IMG/VR virus record: IMGVR_UViG_3300024270_000002
Length of the DNA stretch: 64,000 nucleotides
DNA from: a virus
Taxonomy: Duplodnaviria; Caudoviricetes
Direction: 5' to 3' (one strand)
Shown in pieces: positions 57,384-64,000 of the stretch. The stretch's first letter is position 1; the number at the start of each line of letters is the position of its first letter. Under the pieces are notes generated by a model. That model was given only the letters and a program-made list of their open reading frames with translations, did no database searches and was not told where the DNA came from. The position numbers and the translations under genes are program-made.

Positions 57384-57992
57384 ATGAATGTAAAAGAATT
57401 GTTTGAGAATAAGGAACTTATGGAATCTATCGTTGAGGACATTGACGAGCTTCCTGAAGATACTGAGGTTGTCTATGAAGTGTGGGCCATTGGTTATGAC
57501 AGTGAGGATGACTGCACTGAGGCAGAAGTTCTTGTCGGCGAGTTTGATAATCCTGACGAAGCAGTTGCCTGCGCAGATAAAGTAACTATCGAGCAGCTCA
57601 ATGAGATTGGTTACGAGTGCCCTATTCCCGGCACAGCTTACTTCTCTATCGAGGTAGAAACTGTTGTCGAAGATCCTGAAGACGAATGCGGCGGTACTAT
57701 GAATATCGGTACTGTCTACTCGAGAGACCTTTGGATCGATGGTGAATATGGTACTGACGAAGATGCTCCTGACTATGGAGATCCTGTTGTAGCAGTTGCT
57801 GAAGGTGATTATGAGCTTCTTGAAGATGGTACTCTTAAGCTGAGTGCTAAGTTCTTGAAGGGCTTTAATAAGAACGATACGATCAGAGTTCAGTTTATTG
57901 TGGAGCCTGATGTTGACTTGCTTCCTTATAAGATTATGTCTAAGGTAGAATACGCTGATGGTGATTATTACCATTGCGAATTGATGCTCTAA
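57384..57992 (+). CDS. Highly acidic hypothetical protein
   Basis: ATG 57384 after ggagg; Asp/Glu-rich. Confidence 0.75.
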   Translation: MNVKELFENKELMESIVEDIDELPEDTEVVYEVWAIGYDSEDDCTEAEVLVGEFDNPDEAVACADKVTIEQLNEIGYECPIPGTAYFSIEVETVVEDPEDECGGTMNIGTVYSRDLWIDGEYGTDEDAPDYGDPVVAVAEGDYELLEDGTLKLSAKFLKGFNKNDTIRVQFIVEPDVDLLPYKIMSKVEYADGDYYHCELML

Positions 57993-58029
57993 GGGTTTAC
58001 AAAGCAATTCCTTCATTATATAATAAGAG

Positions 58030-58160
58030 AGTGTTCCAAACACAACCTATTATATTCAAACGTTATTCAGTAGGCTCATAAGGAAGAGCAGTGGCAGCAT
58101 CCTCATACTAATTACCTTAACTCCTTCAATCCCCCGAGTTAGCTCTTCCTTATGCTGTCT
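58030..58160 (+). ncRNA. Putative early sRNA with 13-bp closing stem and C-rich loops
   Basis: TTTACA-N17-TATAAT at 57996-58024 with no ORF before the next promoter; cataaggaagagc/gctcttccttatg; inner taactc-cttcaatccccc-gagtta. Confidence 0.45.
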
Positions 58161-58217
58161 TCTACATATTGCATAAAAACAAATAAAATAATTTTGAAAC
58201 TTCGGTTGTTTTGTCAG

Positions 58218-58246
58218 TTTACAAATCGGCCTTTTTGTGATATAAT
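58218..58246 (+). promoter_or_regulatory. Early sigmaA-type promoter TTTACA-N17-TATAAT (also at 56333, 56795, 57996, 59052, 62838, 63802; minus strand 43295)
   Basis: Exact 17-nt spacing in every copy; most have the TGn extension. Confidence 0.8.
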
Positions 58247-58288
58247 TATATACGTAAGAAACACGTACATATTTAGGAGGAAAAGAAT

Positions 58289-59020
58289 ATGTTTTACAAA
58301 ACCGGTGTTGACATTTCGAACGTAAAATCCATGTGGGAGTTCTTGCACAGTCACCCTACATACTCTACGATGAACTCGTGGAACGGACACAAGTCCATAG
58401 CACATAATGTTAAACTCTATAACCTCAATCTCGAAGGAGACTGGACGAGAGTTCTTAACTTCCTGCACGATGAAGCAGACTGCGGGCAGCTTCAGATGTT
58501 TATTTCTGATGAGATTTCTGAATTCAATAGAGCTAATCCTTGTTATAGAGCATGTTTCAACGGTCGCTCTAGCGGCTATCTCGTACTTTATAATAAAGAT
58601 AACTATCACACCGTTCTTCCTGATTGCCTCGGCTATGACTGCTATGAAGATTTTAAGGAAGATTACACCGGCTATGGTTACTCTGTCTCAGACTGTATGT
58701 ACGAACTCAGAGAGACCACTAAGTTGGTAAGAGAGTTCGACAAACTTTGTGACCGACTTAGAGACCTCGTGAACGGTTACTCTAAGGAGGATACCTTCGA
58801 CAAATGTAAACTCGAAGACGCTGTAGATAGATTCAATTATAACTACGGAGATGACCTTGACTCTCTCGACCTCGAAGGCCCTGAGGTAGAAGATGACCAC
58901 GTTAATCTGAATGATATCGCGTATTATGCCGCATTTATGGAATGCTTTGAGAATTGTCTCGGTGATGATAAAAGAAGAGCTTATACTAACAGTGATAAGC
59001 TTTATCTTAAGAAGAACTGA
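58289..59020 (+). CDS. Hypothetical early protein
   Basis: 243 aa; TMNSWN...AHNVK, FNGRSSGYLVL motifs. Confidence 0.75.
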   Translation: MFYKTGVDISNVKSMWEFLHSHPTYSTMNSWNGHKSIAHNVKLYNLNLEGDWTRVLNFLHDEADCGQLQMFISDEISEFNRANPCYRACFNGRSSGYLVLYNKDNYHTVLPDCLGYDCYEDFKEDYTGYGYSVSDCMYELRETTKLVREFDKLCDRLRDLVNGYSKEDTFDKCKLEDAVDRFNYNYGDDLDSLDLEGPEVEDDHVNLNDIAYYAAFMECFENCLGDDKRRAYTNSDKLYLKKN

Positions 59021-59117
59021 GATTATTAACAATTTGTTTACATAAGAAGTATTTACAAATGTCTAATTTTGTGTTATAATGTAATATACTAAAGATTTTT
59101 TTTGGGGGAATATACTA

Positions 59118-59978
59118 ATGCTGAATGAAACTAAGAGAGACCTTACGATGCAGGCTCGCAAACTTGTGAAGCCTTATGAACAGTACACTATCGATGAACT
59201 CGCAGATGCTTATTGCGATGCTGTCGATACCAATAACGAAACTCTTAAAGATATTTATATCTCGGCGCTTATTCTGCGCTTCTGGTATACTATTGATAAG
59301 ATGTACAAGGCGAATACTGTAGCACCTTGCCTTGATTACGAGGATTTCTTTGAGTGGCTCTATGAAGCAATCGAGTACGCTTGTAAGTACAGAGGTTGGA
59401 GAGATCCTTCTAAGAATCTCAATGCTCAGCAGTGTATCAATAAGTGCATTGATACCATCAAGCTTCAGAAGTACTACGACCTTCGTCTTGATAAGCGTAA
59501 GGCTGTAAACTACTGTACCAGTATGGATGCTCCTATCGGCGGCGAGGGCGACGATGCCTCTAAAACCTTGGGAGACATTCTTGAGGATGAAGACGGTGGC
59601 TATGATTCAAGCACTGATGATGTTATCATGCTCGTTCAGAGTTATATCAACCGCAATAAAATTATCGAAGCAATCTTGATTGACAACATTGCATTCAATG
59701 ATGTGCAGAAGCATTTTAAGAAGGTTGTTAAGTCTGAGACCGTGGACGGTGAGACGTTCAGATACACCGAGCATAGCTCTGAGTTCTGGCCGTATAAGCT
59801 GGTTCAGATCGTAAGTAAGCTTCCGGCTACATATAAGAAGTCCTTTATGAAGCGTTATAACATTTCCGAAGAGAAGCTGTCCGCCGTACTCGGCGTGATT
59901 GATAAGTCTACGAATCAGAAACTGTATCGCTATCTTGAGTCCTGCCTTACTGAACTCAGGACTTCTTATGCGATGTAA
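59118..59978 (+). CDS. Sigma-factor-like protein (region 2/3-like)
   Basis: LILRFW..I...Y...LDYEDF...LYEAIEY, then SMDAPIGGEGDD..TLGDILED (region 3.2-like); no clear region 4. Confidence 0.6.
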   Translation: MLNETKRDLTMQARKLVKPYEQYTIDELADAYCDAVDTNNETLKDIYISALILRFWYTIDKMYKANTVAPCLDYEDFFEWLYEAIEYACKYRGWRDPSKNLNAQQCINKCIDTIKLQKYYDLRLDKRKAVNYCTSMDAPIGGEGDDASKTLGDILEDEDGGYDSSTDDVIMLVQSYINRNKIIEAILIDNIAFNDVQKHFKKVVKSETVDGETFRYTEHSSEFWPYKLVQIVSKLPATYKKSFMKRYNISEEKLSAVLGVIDKSTNQKLYRYLESCLTELRTSYAM

Positions 59979-59985
59979 AATTGTT

Positions 59986-60010
59986 AGGCCGGCTTAAACC
60001 CCGGCCTTTT
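59986..60010 (+). terminator. Intrinsic terminator
   Basis: aggccgg/ccggcct plus T tract. Confidence 0.7.
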
Positions 60011-60011
60011 C

Positions 60012-60022
60012 TATTGTATAAT
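60012..60022 (+). promoter_or_regulatory. Putative middle promoter TAYYGTATWAT (similar copies near 3932, 12395, 38404, 40775, 42658, 43335, 53105, 53828)
   Basis: Recurrent intergenic motif lacking a TTGACA/TTTACA -35. Confidence 0.55.
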
Positions 60023-60054
60023 ATAATAAGAAATGAAACTTGGAGGATTTCAAA

Positions 60055-60753
60055 TTGTACCTTGACCTATTTGATGAACTAAGATTAAATAAAAAATTGG
60101 TTAAACTTGCCGGCTTTGAGGTAGCCGCTTACTGGGCTGAGCTTCAGAGTATTCTTAAACAGGTAGTAAAGAAGCAAACAGCCGATGAGAAAGGATTCTT
60201 TACTCTGGACCGAGATTATGTAGAAAGAGAAACAACTCTTACAGTAATGAAGCAGCTCAAGTGCGAGGAGAAGCTTATTACTATGGGAGTAGTAATGAAA
60301 GATCCGGATAATCCTAATAGACTTGCTATCAGTGTTACTAACATGGTAGAGATCATTACCGATGAGGATACCACTAAGCTTAAGAAGAAGTCTGCTAATT
60401 CTGCTGACGCTAAAGCCGCTAAGGTTGCTGGTATTAAAGCAACTATGAAGAAAGCTATCTTGGAAGATGACCTAGAACTTCGAGCAGCCTACGAACGTTG
60501 GGTAGATGGTATGATAGATGCTGAGAACTGTAGGTTTACTAAAGCAGTTGTTCAGGTGTTTGAGAAGACAGTTACGCAGTATACCACGGATAAAGCTCTG
60601 CGACTTAAGATTATTGAGATTGCTACTACTAATAGCTACAAGGACGCAACTTGGGCAATTAACAGAATCTACAACCCCGGAAAGTTTACGCAGACTGCCA
60701 CTAAGCTTCCTGAGCAGAAGATTTGCACCGGCGTTTCTAACGAAGTATTTTAA
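60055..60753 (+). CDS. Winged-helix replication initiator-like protein
   Basis: NKKLVK.AG..VAAY..EL...GFF......VERET.L....Q......L...G pattern; TTG start after ggagg. Confidence 0.55.
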   Translation: MYLDLFDELRLNKKLVKLAGFEVAAYWAELQSILKQVVKKQTADEKGFFTLDRDYVERETTLTVMKQLKCEEKLITMGVVMKDPDNPNRLAISVTNMVEIITDEDTTKLKKKSANSADAKAAKVAGIKATMKKAILEDDLELRAAYERWVDGMIDAENCRFTKAVVQVFEKTVTQYTTDKALRLKIIEIATTNSYKDATWAINRIYNPGKFTQTATKLPEQKICTGVSNEVF

Positions 60754-60765
60754 GGAGGACCTAAT

Positions 60766-61059
60766 ATGGAAAACTACGTATCGATTAAACTTTGTCCTAT
60801 CTGTGGCGAAGTGCCGGAGAAAACCACTCAGAGCCTTGAGGGGCCGAATGGCAGAGGTTACCGTGGCTGTTATGCTTACCAGTATAAGTGTGAGTGCTGT
60901 AAGTTGATCAAAGGGACAGAGGTTACTGACATCTATGAGTCCGCTCAAGCGGCACAGAACCGTGCTAAAGTTGAGTGGAATGTAGAAGTAGAAAGAGTAC
61001 AGGGTTTCCTTGACCGCCAGTATGTGCTCAGAACCCTCGTTGAAAATAACGTAATTTAA
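60766..61059 (+). CDS. Lar-like Zn-ribbon protein
   Basis: LCPICG...CECC...A...WN. Confidence 0.6.
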   Translation: MENYVSIKLCPICGEVPEKTTQSLEGPNGRGYRGCYAYQYKCECCKLIKGTEVTDIYESAQAAQNRAKVEWNVEVERVQGFLDRQYVLRTLVENNVI

Positions 61060-61149
61060 TTATTTACAATTTCGTAATAATTTTATAATATCCAGTTAAT
61101 ATCTTCCCGGTATAATATATATGTCAGAAAAACTTAGGAGGATTTAGTT

Positions 61150-61377
61150 ATGGATACCGAACTTATGATGATTCAGATTACTCAGGACATGAATGAACTT
61201 GCAGAACAGTATGCTGGTGCAGCAAGTAATGAAAGACTTTGGGCAAAGGGCGCTCCTGATGCTGAGTCTGCTCAGATGCACGAACAGAACGCACTTCATA
61301 ATCATACTATGGCGCTGTTCTATGGTTACCTCGCAAGCAGAGCTCTCGACCTTGTAGAATCTTACATGGAGGACTGA
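61150..61377 (+). CDS. Hypothetical protein
   Basis: RBS aggagg. Confidence 0.7.
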   Translation: MDTELMMIQITQDMNELAEQYAGAASNERLWAKGAPDAESAQMHEQNALHNHTMALFYGYLASRALDLVESYMED

Positions 61378-61379
61378 TT

Positions 61380-61709
61380 ATGCCGACTATTACTGGAATT
61401 ACCTCAAGAGACCTGAGCCGTGAGCTTCTGTGCGAAGGCTATACTGCTAAAGTAGACTGCATGAACTTCTGGGACTCGCATGGTAAGCGTATTGAATACG
61501 CACCGACTCAGCATAAGTTCGACTCGCCTAAGAAATTCGAAATTTGGAAAGTTACCGGCGAGACTCATTACTCTACTCTTGACTATGTACATCAGTGGGA
61601 ATACTGGAAACTCTACATCGACGGCGAGCAACTCGACGTTGGTGAGATCATGAGCTATCGAATTCTTAAAACAAAAATTAAACTTGACGTCTGTGTAGGT
61701 GCAGGCTAA
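61380..61709 (+). CDS. Hypothetical protein
   Basis: RBS ggagg. Confidence 0.7.
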   Translation: MPTITGITSRDLSRELLCEGYTAKVDCMNFWDSHGKRIEYAPTQHKFDSPKKFEIWKVTGETHYSTLDYVHQWEYWKLYIDGEQLDVGEIMSYRILKTKIKLDVCVGAG

Positions 61710-61732
61710 TAATTGAACGGAGGAACACACTA

Positions 61733-62062
61733 ATGAAGAAATCTAAATTTGTAGGTATGCAGGATGATCTGTGGGAGTGCGTACGTTGCGCAGTAGCTAC
61801 TGTACAAGGCACTCGCTGTAAGCGTAAGCGCACTGAGAATGGTAAGATGGCTAAGGCAAAGTCTCCCGGATCCAGACAGTACGAGTACGACTGGCGCCGT
61901 CCTACATCTGATGGTAAGGCATTTAAGTACATTACCTTGAATGCGCAGCAGACTGCGAGAGTGCGTAACGGCCTCGCTACGGTAGAAGAGTACGCGCAGA
62001 AGAAGGAAGCAAAGCGCTCTTTCAGACACCTCGAGAGAATCGACTACAGCTTTTGTGATTAA
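61733..62062 (+). CDS. Basic hypothetical protein
   Basis: RBS ggagg; Lys/Arg-rich. Confidence 0.7.
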   Translation: MKKSKFVGMQDDLWECVRCAVATVQGTRCKRKRTENGKMAKAKSPGSRQYEYDWRRPTSDGKAFKYITLNAQQTARVRNGLATVEEYAQKKEAKRSFRHLERIDYSFCD

Positions 62063-62065
62063 TAC

Positions 62066-62776
62066 ATGAGAAAAGAAGAATTTCAGAAAATTATGTATGT
62101 GCTCGCGAAGCGTACTGAACTTTGCGAGCTTCACCTCGGAGACATACATACTACAGATGATCTGAGTAAACTCACTATTGCGACAGCTGCAGACCTGAAG
62201 AACTTCTGTATCGCAGAAGAAGAAGTCATGACTAAGATAGTTATGGTTGACCTTTATCATATAATTGGTATGGGAGAGCTTACCCCTCCGCAGATGATGA
62301 AGTTTACTTATGCTATTCAGAAGTACCTCCAGTATCGTCCTACTATCAAAGCGATTGCTAAATATCTTGATAGTATCTTCGAGTTGCCGAAGATTCCTGT
62401 AGCAACACAGTATAAGCTTATGGGACTCGGAGACCTTACTCTGACTTCAGGGGTTGGAGAGACCGTAGTTGACGCGGCATCTGTAGAAGATTATAAGCCG
62501 GCAAATGGACGGACTCTTGGACAATCCCTTCTACCTTTCCGAGTTGAGGGAAGACAGATTAGAGTAGACATGACTCAGTTCGATTTCTTCGTGACCCTCA
62601 TGACAAACCTCTTCAAGTCTCCGCTCTCAGTAGATAACTTCAGAAAGAAGATTACTACTAAGGGAGAGTATCTTGGAATTGAGTGGACTACTTATGACGG
62701 GTACGAAGCAGTCGGTCAGATTAAGTCTGCTGAGTCTTTTGCAAAGCTTTCCGGGTATTATAACAATCGAAAATAA
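62066..62776 (+). CDS. Hypothetical protein
   Basis: 236 aa ORF in operon. Confidence 0.7.
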   Translation: MRKEEFQKIMYVLAKRTELCELHLGDIHTTDDLSKLTIATAADLKNFCIAEEEVMTKIVMVDLYHIIGMGELTPPQMMKFTYAIQKYLQYRPTIKAIAKYLDSIFELPKIPVATQYKLMGLGDLTLTSGVGETVVDAASVEDYKPANGRTLGQSLLPFRVEGRQIRVDMTQFDFFVTLMTNLFKSPLSVDNFRKKITTKGEYLGIEWTTYDGYEAVGQIKSAESFAKLSGYYNNRK

Positions 62777-62905
62777 TATTATATAAAACAGCCAGAGCGA
62801 GGATGAAAAATTTCCAAAACTCTGGCTGTTTTGTCAATTTACAAATGGACGATTTTGTGATATAATATATATGTAATCAAGAGTACATAATTTGGAGGAA
62901 AGAAA

Positions 62906-63091
62906 ATGATTAAGGTTGAAGGTTACAAAGCATTTCACGGTGATATGAGGATTACCCCTAAGAACGGACTTTATCCTGCTTTCTACATCTGTAATAAGGA
63001 CTGGCTCTACAAGCCGGACACTGATTGCTGGTATGGCAATGGGCAGTCTTTCCCTGCTGAAATTTGCGAAGTTATTTCTATGAAGATTTAA
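62906..63091 (+). CDS. Small hypothetical early protein
   Basis: RBS ggagg; early promoter at 62838. Confidence 0.7.
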   Translation: MIKVEGYKAFHGDMRITPKNGLYPAFYICNKDWLYKPDTDCWYGNGQSFPAEICEVISMKI

Positions 63092-63105
63092 GGAGGCTAC
63101 AAAAG

Positions 63106-63750
63106 ATGAAAAAGATTATGATGACTAAGTACGGATTCGTTCGTTGCCCTGAAGAGGACTTCTCTGACGACGGTAACAGATTTCAGGCTTATAAAGTAGG
63201 TAGAGTGCGAGTAACTAAACTCGTATCTGACGGTGAAGCATATATCGACGGCGATATTAATGACGGTAAGCTTCCCTATGAAGTTTATTCCAAGCTTCCT
63301 CACTATGTATTTTGTGGTAAGCTGAACGGAGTACCCGCTGCTGCTCTCACTGACGAGGACCTTCAGGAACTCTATGAAAGTTGTCAGGCTTATGATAAGG
63401 AGTACACTGATGCTGAGAACTCTATTCAGTATCCTACTGAGCTCGAGCTTCAGCGCAAGTGCAACCATATTCAAGCAAAGCTTATTAAGGAAATGAATGA
63501 GCTTGAGCAGCTGTTGGGCAACTATGCTATCGAGGCAGCTACTAAGTTTGCTAAATGGGAGTGGCAGCAACTTCAGGAGTATCTTAAGAATATGCTTCAG
63601 AAGCTTAGCCAGTATAATCCTGATAAGTTTATTCCTGCTATTCTCGGAACTGCTATAAGCTTTACCTTCCTTGCAAATAAAGAGGACACTGAGCCTACAT
63701 ATTATTATTCGTATATCAAAGAAATGTTTAAGAAGCATTCGATTATTTAA
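63106..63750 (+). CDS. Hypothetical protein
   Basis: ATG 63106 after aaggagg. Confidence 0.7.
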   Translation: MKKIMMTKYGFVRCPEEDFSDDGNRFQAYKVGRVRVTKLVSDGEAYIDGDINDGKLPYEVYSKLPHYVFCGKLNGVPAAALTDEDLQELYESCQAYDKEYTDAENSIQYPTELELQRKCNHIQAKLIKEMNELEQLLGNYAIEAATKFAKWEWQQLQEYLKNMLQKLSQYNPDKFIPAILGTAISFTFLANKEDTEPTYYYSYIKEMFKKHSII

Positions 63751-63864
63751 TCCGCAGGCAAAGTACACAGAAAAATAAATAAACTCTGTGTGCTTTGTCA
63801 GTTTACAAATCAATCAAAACGTGGTATAATATATATGTAAGTTAATGATACGGAGGATAAAAAT

Positions 63865-64000
63865 ATGAGAAAAGACGTCACAGGCTATGCCGCATTTGAA
63901 AAAGAAACAGGTAAAGCAATTACTATTTCTTTTGGAATTACAAACCGGCTTTCCCTTACAGATGACCCTCTCAAGGTAGAACTTGCACCTACCAAGGAGC
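63865..64000 (+). CDS. 5' end of hypothetical early protein (truncated by window end)
   Basis: Early promoter at 63802, RBS ggagg, MRKDVTGYAAFEKETG... Confidence 0.65.
   Translation, partial: MRKDVTGYAAFEKETGKAITISFGITNRLSLTDDPLKVELAPTKE

Noticed and set aside
1-64000. Stop-codon reassignment, as in some large gut phages
   Set aside because: Core genes are full length in the standard code and TAA, TGA and TAG all end genes at sensible places.
1-64000. CRISPR array or mini-array
   Set aside because: No regularly spaced direct repeats with unique spacers seen; repeated motifs are promoters or coding repeats.

Overview
This window is a 64 kb segment of a large, AT-rich, T4-like contractile-tailed dsDNA phage. 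The host is probably a Bacillota/Clostridia-type gut anaerobe (inferred from strong GGAGG RBSs, sigmaA-type TTTACA-N17-TATAAT promoters, a BspA-type LRR protein and an anaerobic RNR). Standard genetic code; almost all genes are on the + strand. 1-40.7 kb is the virion module: putative head-cargo proteins (pol-beta-type nucleotidyltransferase, SWIM-finger protein), terminase, portal, prohead protease-scaffold fusion, major capsid, a free-standing homing endonuclease, neck, sheath, tube, chaperone, tape measure, baseplate and tail fibres/adhesins. 40.8-64 kb holds accessory, early and replication genes: NadR+PnuC, an HD hydrolase, a hairpin-rich AT-rich gap, an SNF2-type helicase, NrdD, a sigma-like protein and a wHTH initiator-like protein. 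Three promoter classes can be read from the DNA: early TTTACA-N17-TATAAT, putative middle TAYYGTATWAT and putative late GCTAAATTA. The most unusual signals are: (i) promoter-driven intergenic hairpin RNAs displaying anti-Shine-Dalgarno loops, the best with twin identical UUUCCUCC loops at 53139-53191; (ii) a late-promoter regulon of apparent polyproteins punctuated by L/I-x-E prohead-protease sites, suggesting an injected enzyme cargo; (iii) a start-less +1/-2 frameshift ORF before the tape measure gene; (iv) a recoded capsid-gene 3' end next to a homing endonuclease; (v) a tail-region protein with two degenerate Hint domains. All calls come from motif recognition by eye; no searches were run.
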